A stretch of 64,000 bases of DNA from a virus, in the IMG/VR virus record IMGVR_UViG_3300020162_002681, positions 1 to 64,000 of that record; one strand, written 5' to 3'. Each line of letters starts with the position of its first letter. Position 1 is the first letter of the stretch. This document shows positions 50,479-62,059 of the stretch, in pieces. The notes under the pieces are model-generated. The model was not told the origin of the DNA. It did not search any database and saw only the letters and a list, made by a program, of their open reading frames with translations. The position numbers and the translations under genes are program-made.

Positions 50479-52205
50479 ATGACCACACAACCACTTCTCT
50501 CTGTCTCCAACTCTACTACCGAACTCACACCCGAAGAGAATGAACTACTTCTTTCTGCAATCAATCTCAGCAGCCAAGAGAAGACCGTAGCAGCCGAGTT
50601 AAAGAACGTAAAGGTGCAAATCACCGAACTGTTCACAAAACGCTTTGACACCGCAAAAACTGGCACTATCGCGAAGCTTGGTAAATCCAGTATTCAAGTC
50701 AAGCGCAAAGCTGGTAAAAAAGAATTACCAGAAGAACTAATCGAGTTACAATCCAAATTGGCATTCGACAAACAACGTCTACTGACCGCTAATGCTAGTG
50801 CAATCGAAGCTCTGCAACAACAGATTCTCGCTTTACAGACCGATGAAGAGATTGAACTGATGGAGTTCGACTTCAAACAACGTGTTGCTGCCTTGAAAGC
50901 ACCTGAGCCAGAGTACGAAGTAGCGATTAAGGTGTGAGTATGAGAGCCTACCATTTCTCGGCTATTTTTATTCTAGGTGCTAAATTTCATAATGCATATG
51001 GATGTAGAGTAGCTAATTCAGAACAAAGTATAAAAACATGGTTATTTTCTCAACCAGATATTATTGCCCGTTCTTGTGTTGGCTATGCTTTGACTCATTT
51101 TTCTTGCGGTTTGATTGACCCTGAAATTGCACCAATGAACCGTGAGGACACATGAACATCGTAGAATCTCCTAGACCAGACAATGAACTTGAGGAACTAA
51201 AAGCAGAGCGCTCTTATTATAGAGGCTTGCTAGATGATTTAGCTGACCGAGCTAACTTATATTCTGCGGATGCGTTTGAGCAACTAAAAAATCATATAAC
51301 ACCTAGACCTAGCGCCATTGAAACTAGACAAATCTATTGGCATATTGAAGCTACTAGAAAATGTTCAGGTTGGCGAGGATTATTTTTCAGTAGAAAGTTT
51401 GAAATCGATGTAAAAACTTTGAAAGAACTTGCCGAATGGTTATTGCATTTACAAGAGCAAGGACATATAATTACTGTGCAAACTAGAACTGGAGATAGAG
51501 AACTGTGAAACCTAAACGCGACCCTCGCGTCAAACATCGATTCGTCACAGTATTCCCCGTCAACTTCATTCGCGGCAAACACAAATGTCGCGATGGATTT
51601 GAGCGTAGTGTAGTCTGGGAAAAGCCTTGGAGACTGGGGGGAGTGATTTTTGTTCCTCTGTTTCAGTTTTATATTGTAACTCGATTTATCGATAATCAAT
51701 ACATGAAGGAAGATTACACTTACTTTAGTTTAAGATTTATTTGGTGGCAAATTAATGGAAGTTTTTGGTACAGTAAATGACTGGAATTAATGAACTACTT
51801 ATTTTCTTGTTTGGCTTTGGCTTTATAACTTTACTTCCCGTAGCTCTTTACTTGTTATTTGATAAGCCTGTAAAGATTACTATGTATGATGAGGAAGAGT
51901 ATCTTCGCAAATATAGAAACGAAGAAGTCAAACCCCGCGTAAAAGTAGCATTCATTAAAGATGCTGCAAGTAAATTTACTATTAGACAACGCCCTTCTAA
52001 CGGTAAATGGTCTGTTTGCGATGTTCTTGAGGTTGAGTGGGAACAAACTTTCCTGACTTTTGAAGAAGCGGAAAGCGCAGTTAATGCCAAAGCTACTTCC
52101 CTAGTTGATGCCTATATTGAGAAGCATGGAGAAAAACGTCTGATTCCCCAATTCAATCTACCGCCACAACTAAGTTACCTACAAAATACCGATGACTATT
52201 ATTAG
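50479..52205 (+). CDS. Five hypothetical proteins (50479-50937, 50934-51155, 51152-51508, 51505-51780, 51777-52205 with N-terminal TM)
   Basis: Coupled operon after promoter GATAG-ATGCAG-N17-TAGTAT (50315-50348). Confidence 0.7.
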
Positions 52206-55200
52206 CCAAAAAGTGACCTTTCCTTCAGTCCCAGATACTCGTAAATATTTTGCTCCACGCCTTGAATCTCCCCAGTCGTAAGCTGTCTGTTATAGAGCAA
52301 GCATCCCAGAAACAATCCATTAACATTTGAAGCAATAGAATCTACTGTCAACGCACTACTTGAACTAAATACCAACACCTGAGCGTCTGTGCTGTCCACA
52401 TTAGTTGTGAGAGCCACAGACTCTTTTTTTTGCCGAACATCGGTAATTATCTGAGGGATGCTTGCTCCGTCGCTACTGTAGAACTCTAGATTGTCAGTGT
52501 AGTTGCTTATCAGAATACTGCTGGCAGTCAGAGCGTTTGCATAGCCATATAGACCAGTACTGACAAAGCTTTTTGGTGTAGTCCAGTTGTCAGAAAAGAG
52601 GTACAGAAAAGAAGTACTTTCGTTCGGGCTTCCTACTAGTAGGTCGTAGCTGGCATTAAAGGACAACGAGTATCCAAAATTAGTGGTTGCACTTGTGATT
52701 GTTTTGATGACCGTCCAAGCGCCAGTTTCGTATTTCCAAATTTTTACCTCACCTGCAAAGTTAGCGGTCGCCAAGTAATCCCCCTTCAGCGCAAAATCCA
52801 AATCCGCGCCTGTAATCGTTTGTGTGAGCGTATCTGAGTCGAAAACCCGAACATTTCCTGAGTTGTCCATCGCTGCCCATCGCGACAAAGAAAAATTACC
52901 CAGAATTTTTTTTCCGAAAAAGTTGAAGACACTTACAGGGGTAGTGTTATATATCCCCGCAGACGAAGTGAACTTGTAAATGTTGTTACTGCCTTGAACT
53001 GAAGCAAGAAGCGCTGTGTTGTCATCACTTACAAAAGCTGCCAAACCAAAACCATCAATATAAGGCACTGGACTCGTTTGACCCAAATTAAGGCTGGATG
53101 TCCAAGTAGCGACACCAGTTCTAGTGAAATGAAGTACTCGCCCTTCCCCTAAATTACTATTCTTAACTCCAATGCAAATTAAGTCGCCAGTACTATTTAT
53201 TTGCAGCGAAGCGTTCCCCAAAGCTGCCGCATCGCCAGAAGTAAGTGAAAGAGTGACAGCCGAGCCAAAAGCCCAGATGCCTGTGATTCGACGCACTACT
53301 TTAACTGTATTTGCGAGGTCATCGATATAGACCAAATTACTTTCATCTTCCGAAATAGCAACTTTGCTAAAGCGCCCCGATTGTGTAGTTACTTTTACGA
53401 AATCTCCAATATCAAATTGAAGTGCGCCGACCAACTGAGTGCCTGCGCCACCATTAAATGTGTAGCCAGAATTTGCACCAACATATTTGCGATACGATTT
53501 AGCCGCCAACTCTCGATATACAAAGAACAAGGTGCGAACGCCGACCACCTGCGAAGCAAGATTTATTTTCTGCCCTGAGCTTGCGATGTTGTAGGTTTTG
53601 CCGTATAGGAGCGAAGTTTCTAGTGTTGCTGACGTTGTTGCATTGGATGTAGCGGTGAGGTTAGGAATTGTGCCGCTTACCGTACTTGATTTTGCAAAGT
53701 ATCCATCGAGATAACCAGAAATGTTTGCGATGCCAAAAGTACGTGATTCATTAAGGTCAACGGAGTAATCTTGATAATAAGTACCGTTTGAAACTCTTAT
53801 AGTGATTGGTTTTCGTGCTGGTCGTACTGCAAAATTACTAAGAACTAGCTGGAAAGTTGCTGTCAGTGAATTTGGGGATACAGATACAGTACTAACATTT
53901 AGAGTCGCTTCATTTGTTTGCCAATCAGAGTTATCGGGAATTAGTAAGTGTAAAAAGTACGCTGTTGAATCTAAATATGTACCAGCTTGAGTGATTGTGT
54001 AAGTTGTTGTTGAATTAGGGGCAACACTTATAGAGCCAGCTACAGAAAAAATTCGCCTAGAAAAAATCCCCTGAAAAGTTGAAGACGTTTTGTTCCTGAA
54101 TTTGATTGGGTAAAACTGCTCGACCTTGGCTTGAGGCAAAATTGGGTCGATTTGGGGAAAATATTGGTCAAGATTCGCTACTCGCTCATAGGCAGAAAAA
54201 GAAATTAGGCTAAAGTTTCCTGTTGGTGCTTGGTACTTACTTGAATTGAACCAGAACTTGTAGCTGGGTATTTTTATTTGCAGTGTTGTAGTGAGCGACA
54301 ATACACCATTTAGCCATACTTTTACTACAAACTGGCTAAATTCCAGCTTCAGTACTTGAACAGGCTCTAAAGGGTCAAAAGTGCCAATATTCTGTAGATT
54401 AATGGTGCTTGAGTTGAGTCTGCCAAATTTAAGTAGGTTGTCCAGTTTCCTTACAAAAAAACTGAGGTTAGGTGAGTCCCAATAGCTTAGTAACTCTACA
54501 TTTGCGCCAATGTTAGCAGAAAGAAATCGTAGCTCGGCTGTAAAACTTGAGGTGAGAGGTCGAGCGCTTTGTATGATAAGAGAATTAGGCGTTACTAGCT
54601 TTGTCTGTGTTTTGTAGTCGCGTGTGGCTGTGTCGGTTAGTTTTGTGAAATTGCCAATCTCGTCGGCGTATTTTAGGTAGCAGATTTGGTTGTTGCTTGG
54701 AGCATAGTTAACTAATGCACTAGCAAAAACATCTACACTTAATGATAAAAGCCAAGGTAATGCCACAGACTTATAGCCAATATTTTTGACATCGCCAGTG
54801 AAGTTTCCAATCTTGAAAGTGCCAGACTGAATTTTGTAGTTGAAGGTCAGAGTAGCCGCCGACTCATTAACTTTGATACTCAGCACATTTCCTTTTCTGA
54901 CAACGCGCAAAAGCGCCCATGTAAGCGTAGTGAAAGTTAGTCCTGTTGATATGTCCTCGAAGATACCCGAAGCTACCTGACGTTTGATTACTAGTACACC
55001 AGAGACGATTGCAAACGTGAAGCTATCCGCTACAGTGAATAAAGTTTGATTTATAACTCCAGAGGGATAAAATTGCCCAAAAAAGGAAAAATCGTATTTA
55101 TTTGTAACACTGGAGTAGCTTGTAGATGAAGTGGCGTATGAAATTGTGCTGCTATCGTATATGTCTAAAGAGGTAGGAAGATAATTCTGCTCTGCCTCGG

Positions 55201-55243
55201 TAAATTGAATAGGTTCTGGATTGTATGAGAATCGGGGAAACAT
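52202..55243 (-). CDS. Large virion protein, LamG-like N-terminal domains plus C-terminal beta-propeller
   Basis: 1013 aa; FG-x-S/A...LLVGSP and VAISED propeller-like repeats; YNRQLTTGEI. Confidence 0.7.
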   Translation of the reverse strand: MFPRFSYNPEPIQFTEAEQNYLPTSLDIYDSSTISYATSSTSYSSVTNKYDFSFFGQFYPSGVINQTLFTVADSFTFAIVSGVLVIKRQVASGIFEDISTGLTFTTLTWALLRVVRKGNVLSIKVNESAATLTFNYKIQSGTFKIGNFTGDVKNIGYKSVALPWLLSLSVDVFASALVNYAPSNNQICYLKYADEIGNFTKLTDTATRDYKTQTKLVTPNSLIIQSARPLTSSFTAELRFLSANIGANVELLSYWDSPNLSFFVRKLDNLLKFGRLNSSTINLQNIGTFDPLEPVQVLKLEFSQFVVKVWLNGVLSLTTTLQIKIPSYKFWFNSSKYQAPTGNFSLISFSAYERVANLDQYFPQIDPILPQAKVEQFYPIKFRNKTSSTFQGIFSRRIFSVAGSISVAPNSTTTYTITQAGTYLDSTAYFLHLLIPDNSDWQTNEATLNVSTVSVSPNSLTATFQLVLSNFAVRPARKPITIRVSNGTYYQDYSVDLNESRTFGIANISGYLDGYFAKSSTVSGTIPNLTATSNATTSATLETSLLYGKTYNIASSGQKINLASQVVGVRTLFFVYRELAAKSYRKYVGANSGYTFNGGAGTQLVGALQFDIGDFVKVTTQSGRFSKVAISEDESNLVYIDDLANTVKVVRRITGIWAFGSAVTLSLTSGDAAALGNASLQINSTGDLICIGVKNSNLGEGRVLHFTRTGVATWTSSLNLGQTSPVPYIDGFGLAAFVSDDNTALLASVQGSNNIYKFTSSAGIYNTTPVSVFNFFGKKILGNFSLSRWAAMDNSGNVRVFDSDTLTQTITGADLDFALKGDYLATANFAGEVKIWKYETGAWTVIKTITSATTNFGYSLSFNASYDLLVGSPNESTSFLYLFSDNWTTPKSFVSTGLYGYANALTASSILISNYTDNLEFYSSDGASIPQIITDVRQKKESVALTTNVDSTDAQVLVFSSSSALTVDSIASNVNGLFLGCLLYNRQLTTGEIQGVEQNIYEYLGLKERSLFG

Positions 55244-55593
55244 TAAATAGTTACAATTAAGTTTGCAAATCCAACCACACTGATTGAGCCTGTTAGTGAA
55301 GCGTAAGCCTTAATTACAACTGAACCTGTGTAACACATACCTGAAAGAATCGGAACTATCCCACGACCAGCAGGAATCACTTGCGAGAATATCTGATAGC
55401 CACTTGTACCGCCAATCAACACATAGAGAGTTTGGTCAATGTTGGTGTAATTAAATGCCCCTAACCAAAGTTCGTCAATATTTGTTGCGCTACTTGTGTG
55501 GATAGTATTTGCACTGCCTGATGTGACAGCATTGATGGCTATTGGCAAACCATTTGTGCTACCACCTAAAATCGACTTCTGAAAAGTATCCAA
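55243..55593 (-). CDS. Putative structural protein
   Basis: 116 aa, coupled within the minus-strand operon. Confidence 0.65.
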   Translation of the reverse strand: MDTFQKSILGGSTNGLPIAINAVTSGSANTIHTSSATNIDELWLGAFNYTNIDQTLYVLIGGTSGYQIFSQVIPAGRGIVPILSGMCYTGSVVIKAYASLTGSISVVGFANLIVTI

Positions 55594-57642
55594 TTATAAA
55601 TCCTCTGAGTGCGGTACAAGTAAACTAGCTTTTTTAACACCCTCATTAATAATAACTAAATCAGCTTCGACACCTGATAAGTCAGTATTAATCAAAATGT
55701 CTGTTTTAGCCTTAATGCTGTCTAACTTAGTTTCGTTAGCATTAATTTCACTTATTATAGCTGTTTGAGAATTACTTACGTTGGCAGGTGTAGCAAAACC
55801 TATTGCAGTTATCCATTGATTTTGATTATTTTGTAATTCATTAGTATCTTCAAGAATAGATGCAATACCAGAATTATTTGGTGCTGTGTAATTAGCTGAT
55901 GCAAGTCTAGTTGAAGTTGGAACATCAATCCTAGCTAATTCTGTAGCAAGTTCAGTTCTGACTTGACTAGCAATAACCAAAGCTGTAGGGGGGATACTGT
56001 AAGCCACAGCAGCCAAACGTGTACCTACCGCTACATCTAGTTTTGTTGAATTAGTGTCAATTTCTGAACGAATAGCGGCTACGGTAGGAGGGATTGTATA
56101 AGAAACACTTGCTAATCGACTTGAAGTTGCAACATCTATTCTTGAAAGCTCTACAGAAAGTTCAGTCCTCACTTGGGAAGCTAATGTACTAGCAGAAACT
56201 GGTGCAGAATAACCCGAAGTTGCCAATCTGCTAGATATAGTTTCATCAAGATTATTAAGTCTAGAATCGTTCGATAACAACGTATTAGTTGGTATTGCAT
56301 CTAAAGTTGTTTGTGATGCTCTGGTTGCAATATCAGCAGATAAAGAAATAGATGGAGTACCTATTTTTGTATTTATAGTTCCAATTGTTGTATTATCTGG
56401 AGAAGTATATCCAGCAGAAGATAAGCGAGTGGAAATTGCTGCGTCAATTCTTCCAAGTTCAGTTGTTAATTCAGTACGAACTTGAGTGGCAACTTGAGAA
56501 GCTGTTGGAGGTATTGTATAGGTAACTCCAGCCAGTCTTGTGCTGACTGCAACATCCAACTTAGTAGAGTTGGTATCAAGTTCTGTTCTAATTTGAGAAA
56601 CTGTAGGGGGAGTAGTTGCATTTCTGCTTGAGATAGCTACATCAATTCGTGCCAACTCTGTAAAAAGCTCCGCCCTTACTTGAGATGAAATAGTGGAGGC
56701 AGATATAGGTGCAGAGTAGCTTGCGGATGGTAATCGGCTACTTATTGCAGCATCGAGATTATCAAGTCTAAGGTCAGAAGAAAGTAATGTTGTGACTGGT
56801 ATGGAATTAACACTGGTTTGAGATGCTCTGGTTGCAATGTCAGCACTAAGAGAAACAGAAGGTGTCCCTAATTTAGTGTTTATGGTCGATATTGTTGCGT
56901 TATCAGGTGCTATGTATCCAGCAGAAGCTAAACGACTAGAAACAGTTGCATCAATTCGCTCTAATTCTGTAGAAAGTTCGGTTCTAACTGCACTAGCAAT
57001 AGTAGTAGGAGAACTACCGCCACCAGCATCAGATAAAGCTTTACCTGCACTTCCAGATATTTGATGCCCAGATAGCAATCTATCCCAAACAGCAGTAGCA
57101 ATACTAGATGCACTAGCTCCACCACCTCCACCTGTCGCACTGTTCAAAACTTCTCCCATTGTCCCAATCACATTGTTAAGTGAAGCAATAGCTCCCCAAA
57201 CTTCTTGGGCAATATCAAATGCTGAAGGTTTAAAGCCAATATTTAAAGTGGCTCCAATAATACCTTTTCCGTCTAAAGTCAATGGTTCAAAAGTAGCAAT
57301 ACCAGCAGCAGAACCAGATTTTACAATACCCCGTATTAAAAATCCTGTAGTTGTAATTAATCCGCCTAAGTTAAGTGTAGCGGCTACAGAACCTATACCA
57401 AAAAGAGAGCTTGAGGTTGTAGCTGCACCAAAAGTTCTAAAAGTACTTCCAATTTCACCTACAGATAATGGTCGCTTTAAAGCATTTTCATAATAGCCTA
57501 CAGGAGATGAGGTTGTTTTACTAAAAGCTACTCTATTAGCCATAGACCAACCAACTCTACCACGAGAATCTATAGAAGTAGAGGCTGCCCCACCACCAAG
57601 AAATCTAATACCATTAGCAGTTATCCCGTTATTAGTCAGCAT
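55594..57642 (-). CDS. Repeat-rich fibrous virion protein
   Basis: About nine (L/I)D-x-x-x-S-(S/T)-R repeats and a ~170-aa tandem duplication. Confidence 0.75.
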   Translation of the reverse strand: MLTNNGITANGIRFLGGGAASTSIDSRGRVGWSMANRVAFSKTTSSPVGYYENALKRPLSVGEIGSTFRTFGAATTSSSLFGIGSVAATLNLGGLITTTGFLIRGIVKSGSAAGIATFEPLTLDGKGIIGATLNIGFKPSAFDIAQEVWGAIASLNNVIGTMGEVLNSATGGGGGASASSIATAVWDRLLSGHQISGSAGKALSDAGGGSSPTTIASAVRTELSTELERIDATVSSRLASAGYIAPDNATISTINTKLGTPSVSLSADIATRASQTSVNSIPVTTLLSSDLRLDNLDAAISSRLPSASYSAPISASTISSQVRAELFTELARIDVAISSRNATTPPTVSQIRTELDTNSTKLDVAVSTRLAGVTYTIPPTASQVATQVRTELTTELGRIDAAISTRLSSAGYTSPDNTTIGTINTKIGTPSISLSADIATRASQTTLDAIPTNTLLSNDSRLNNLDETISSRLATSGYSAPVSASTLASQVRTELSVELSRIDVATSSRLASVSYTIPPTVAAIRSEIDTNSTKLDVAVGTRLAAVAYSIPPTALVIASQVRTELATELARIDVPTSTRLASANYTAPNNSGIASILEDTNELQNNQNQWITAIGFATPANVSNSQTAIISEINANETKLDSIKAKTDILINTDLSGVEADLVIINEGVKKASLLVPHSEDL

Positions 57643-59890
57643 TCCAATTATCTGCTATAGTTTGCAGGGCAATAATTAAATCTAGAGCTTCTTGTTTACT
57701 GTTAACTCTAATAAATCTTCCATCAACAACTTCAAAACCTACTACAGTACCTTCATTATAAGGCGGTGTAGCTAATGGGATTTTTAAGCTAGTTCCAAGC
57801 ATATTGAATTTCTCCGCAGACAATACTACCCGCAGTTAAAGCTCCGCCAACTTGAATAAACATTCCCAAGCAAGAATCATCATAAATTCTAGGTAAAGCT
57901 GGAATTTGGTTAAGAAAATCGCGTTCGCCAGCTACGTTAGCAGCAACAAGAGGAATATATGCAATTGGACGATGTAAAACTAGACAACCTACACCAGAAG
58001 TTGCTCCAGTATTGACTGCATAAGATTGTACAGATTGAATACCTAAATCTCCTGCTTGAGTAGGATGGAAAAGACCTCCAACTGTAACAGCCGTATTAGT
58101 TTGACCATAGCAAGTACCAACTGGAGTTGCTGTAGCAGGAGCAAAAAGTGACCCTGTAGGAGCTGCTGTAGTACGTCCAGAAGTGCCAGCTTCATTTGTA
58201 TAGGTTAAGGTGATTTGACCGTTACCAGCAGTTGTAGCAGTTGTGACAATAAGTGAAGCTTGTACACCATTAGCATTGGTTAGTCGTGTATCTCCAGTAC
58301 CAGTCCAAGTTGGATGGTTAGATAAAGTGCTGGGAGCACCAGTTAAAGCTAGTGACGGATACAAATGAATAATATCTGTAAGTAGTAGATAAGAAGGCAC
58401 TGCCGTTGCTGAGGATGTAATTGCTGTCATTGATAACAAATGACGAGTAAGAGCACCCACATCCCCATTAAGAGGTAAAGCACCTACACTAGAACGATTT
58501 CGAGAAATACCTGTGCCAGCAGTACCAGTTAAGACCATCTGACCTCCAGTACCACCTGCGGATAACAATTCGTGCCATCTTCCCGCTGCCGATGTTGCCC
58601 CAGTTTGAATAGTTTTATTAAAACCTAATTTTCTAATGCTTTGATTAACTGTGATTGCATTAACAAGAGCATCAATACTTGAAAAACCCATTTATTTTAG
58701 TCCTCTGTGATGCTTAAAGCGCCAGCACCTATAATTGGTTGAATGTTTAGTGAAATAGCGAGAGAAGAGTTTAGTGCGCCCTTGTAAAGTACTTTTCCTG
58801 TGCCTGTGGAAGCTGTCCCAATAGCCCAGTGAGTAGCAGTGTCAGTTCCTCCTGTGCAATTACCAAAGAGAATCTGAGCAGCATTTATCGCATTATTATC
58901 TACAACAGTCCATCCTGTATTATCTCTAGGGACAGATATTCGAGCATAACCTGTATAAGAAATTTCTGATGTAGTTTGAACACCAGTTTCCCCGACATCA
59001 GCATTATGTAAAGAAACAAATAAGTTACCACCAATACCACTAATTGCAGTAGCATTAAAAGTGAATAACATTAGGTCATTTTCGTAAGTATTTGATTTAC
59101 TCATTTTATCTTGAAACTATTAAACCGCTTAAAGTTGAGCTATTGTAAGTGCTGTAAAAAGCATCTTGAGAAGCTATGTAAGGAGAAGGTACAAATCTAT
59201 ACCTAATTGTAGCATTGTGGTTATAACTGTAGATTGAACCACCTGCAATATTCTCTACAAATGTGGGGGCAGTGTCCCAAGTGCTTACATAGTAAATCCA
59301 AGTGTTTAAAGTTGCATCTTGCCCTTTCAAACTTTGAAGCCACTCCTGCTCAGTACCAACAAAGCCGTTTATCAAAGCTATAGTATAAGCACTAAGACCG
59401 CTAACCCCTAAAGATGCTACTGTAACTTGTATGTTAGTTGCTACTGATTCTGAAACAAGAATACGAAGCTGATTTGTATTTTCAGTTGCAGTTACCCTAT
59501 ATTCTTGAGTGGTTTGATTTGCAGTTACTCGCATTAACTTATCTCTGGCAGAATAGTCCAAACTAAAGGATTAGAGCCGTCTGTAATTGTAGTGACTTTA
59601 CCATTAGGAGCAACCATCTCTATGCCAAATATGTAGCGCTGCGGTTTATAATTTATAACTTGAGGCATGAAATATATCTTACCATTTGTAGGGATTGGGC
59701 AAGTTATATTACCATTAGCAGTACTAAATTCCCAAATTACAGAACCTTGAGGGCTAGTTTTAAATTTGGCAGAAAAAGAATAACCCGTTAAATCCATATC
59801 CGAATACACGCTATTCTCTTCAGTCTCGAAGTGAAATTCAACTCCGTCCCAAGTATCGCCTTGTTTGTGTGGTTTTATTGTGTCAGCCAT
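57632..59890 (-). CDS. Five putative virion proteins (57632-~57793, 57789-58691, 58697-59104, 59106-~59534, 59534-59890)
   Basis: EISYTGYARIS..THWAIG (tail-associated family), GFVGTEQEWLQSLKG (tail-fibre motif), QGDTW..DLTGY (baseplate/BppU-like). Confidence 0.7.
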
Positions 59891-59908
59891 TTTTGTTTTA
59901 AGTTACTA

Positions 59909-60388
59909 TTATAATTTTACACTTGTTTTGTAGAGGTGGCATAAAATTGCGGCACACGCATCTGCACAGTGATTATCCCTCAATTGAAATTTTCGCTCTG
60001 GAAATACTTTTTCAACTGCTTTGATAACATCTTGTTTATCAGAACCCCCGAAATGAGCCACTGCTTTTTTGATTTCTGTTGGCATATAGGAAAATTCTTC
60101 TAGCTGGTATTTATTTGCTAAATATCGAGTCACACCTATAGACTGGTTGAGTTTTGCGCCAATATCCCCTTTTAATACAGGATTTTCATAGATATAAACA
60201 GTTGGCTTGTATTCTTTGACTATTTTTTTGAAATGGTCAACTATATCCGCAAGATTTTTTGGTAATGTATCTTTTTTATCTGTATAGAAATTTTCCGCAT
60301 AGAGAAGTTGCAATTTTTCTTTTTCTGCACTTACAATTGCAAAACCGCTATTCCTGAAGCCAACATCATTACCAAGATAAATAGTCAT
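59909..60388 (-). CDS. ruvC: RuvC Holliday junction resolvase
   Basis: LGNDVG...GFA, YE, Y-x-PTEIKKAV, G-x-x-DKQDV, NHCADACA. Confidence 0.88.
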   Translation of the reverse strand: MTIYLGNDVGFRNSGFAIVSAEKEKLQLLYAENFYTDKKDTLPKNLADIVDHFKKIVKEYKPTVYIYENPVLKGDIGAKLNQSIGVTRYLANKYQLEEFSYMPTEIKKAVAHFGGSDKQDVIKAVEKVFPERKFQLRDNHCADACAAILCHLYKTSVKL

Positions 60389-60422
60389 ATAAACTAAAAT
60401 ATAGATAAAACAACATTAACAC

Positions 60423-61331
60423 ATGACATTATCACTGGACTATATAGCAGACAACGCACTTCAATGTCGTAGCTATCTTGATTTCACTAACCCAGCCTAT
60501 ACATCTGTTAGTGGAAGTACTCTGACCCAACTAAACCTTACTGGTAACACAGATTATGACTTTATTTCCACAGGGGTGATAAACTTCCCGCAAAGAGGTA
60601 TTGAGGGGATAACATTCACTTCTACCCAAAAACTAGCTCCTCGCGTTTCAGGTATCATTGGGGCTGGCGCTTCTAGCTACTCTTTGCTTATTGTGTCAAA
60701 AAATTCCAACAACTCACTACTAAAAGTTGGCAAAACTAACCCCAATCTGCCCAAACTACTAGAAATTGACTATACCGCTACAAATTTCACGCAGAACTAT
60801 TCACGACTTAATGTTGATGACCGAGAACTAACCCTTAGTGACCTCGAAACGACTCAAGTGTGCTTGCTTTCGCATGATGTTGTTACTGGTATAACCAATA
60901 CATCAATAAATTTAGCTGATTTTCAACAAAATACCAAACTTGACGCAGGATATATGCTTCCAAACTTATCTTCGTTTATTTTAGGTGAGGGATTTGGTGG
61001 TGAACTACTTAATTTTCTTCTTTTTGTGCCAGCTATTGAAAATGTGCATCTTTTGGAGCTCGGACGAAGAATATCTGACTACATACCACAAGCAGAGCTG
61101 AAATTTGACAAACTATTACTGACAACAGAAAGTAAACTAGAATTGGCAACAACCTCTCTTTCTGCCCCTCATATGAAATTTTCGCTACCTATAAAATTAA
61201 AAAACTTAGAAACCAATAGTAGTCTAGGTTTCAATAGTTCTCTAATAGTAATTGCAAGCTACTTATGGGACAATCTAAATGAAGAATCATGGGGCAAAAT
61301 TTCTGAAGTACTATGGGACTCTATGGGCTAG
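60423..61331 (+). CDS. Hypothetical protein, probably virion-associated
   Basis: 302 aa, Ser/Thr/Leu-rich, within the structural region. Confidence 0.65.
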   Translation: MTLSLDYIADNALQCRSYLDFTNPAYTSVSGSTLTQLNLTGNTDYDFISTGVINFPQRGIEGITFTSTQKLAPRVSGIIGAGASSYSLLIVSKNSNNSLLKVGKTNPNLPKLLEIDYTATNFTQNYSRLNVDDRELTLSDLETTQVCLLSHDVVTGITNTSINLADFQQNTKLDAGYMLPNLSSFILGEGFGGELLNFLLFVPAIENVHLLELGRRISDYIPQAELKFDKLLLTTESKLELATTSLSAPHMKFSLPIKLKNLETNSSLGFNSSLIVIASYLWDNLNEESWGKISEVLWDSMG

Positions 61332-62050
61332 TACACGAACCCGTTGTAACGACGTACTTTAAAATTAGCAAAAGGCGAGGTATTGCGGCTAAAAGGTTTG
61401 CCATTAACGTCAATAGCTGGTTCTGTAGGTAAATTACCACTACGTCTTTTACCTTGCGGGTATTTTTGCAATCTTACATCTCTACGTTGTTGTTGTGATG
61501 TAGGGCTAATTTGCTCTGTACCAACACCTTTAGTATTGGGATTGTTTAAAGGATATGGCTGAGAGTTACCAGATTGAGTTTTTCCACTTGCATTTGGGAC
61601 AGTAATTGCAGTTGTGTCAATAGTTTGTGGACTTGCGGGAGCATTAGTCTGAATAGGCTGATTGGGTACTGTAGTTTGTACAGGAGCCGCCACAGGAGTT
61701 AGTAACTTCTGATTCCCAATTTGACCTGCCTTACGTGCTTGATAAGCATTCTTAAGACTTGCACCGCCATACCCTGCTGCACCACCAACGGCTGCACCGC
61801 CAGCTACTTGACCCGCAAGATTACCAATTGACTTATCTTCACTACCGAGGTAATTCAATGCACCAATCCCTGCACCGACACCAGCTCCAAGTTTACCGTA
61901 ACCTGTAGCAGTTGTAGGTAAAGCTCCCTTAGCAGCATTCAGTGCACTACTAGTTTTGGAGCCAAGTGACCCAGCCAGACCTTGCCAGTTAAAAGGTGCA
62001 AAATTTGCGTACTTAGGATTTGTTGCTAATGCGTATGTGGAAATTCTCAT
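61328..62050 (-). CDS. Gly/Ala-rich glycine-zipper protein, putative internal/ejected virion protein
   Basis: YANFA near the N-terminus and FANF near the C-terminus; GAGVGAGIG and GGAAVGGAAG segments. Confidence 0.7.
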   Translation of the reverse strand: MRISTYALATNPKYANFAPFNWQGLAGSLGSKTSSALNAAKGALPTTATGYGKLGAGVGAGIGALNYLGSEDKSIGNLAGQVAGGAAVGGAAGYGGASLKNAYQARKAGQIGNQKLLTPVAAPVQTTVPNQPIQTNAPASPQTIDTTAITVPNASGKTQSGNSQPYPLNNPNTKGVGTEQISPTSQQQRRDVRLQKYPQGKRRSGNLPTEPAIDVNGKPFSRNTSPFANFKVRRYNGFVY

Positions 62051-62059
62051 GTTGTTATA

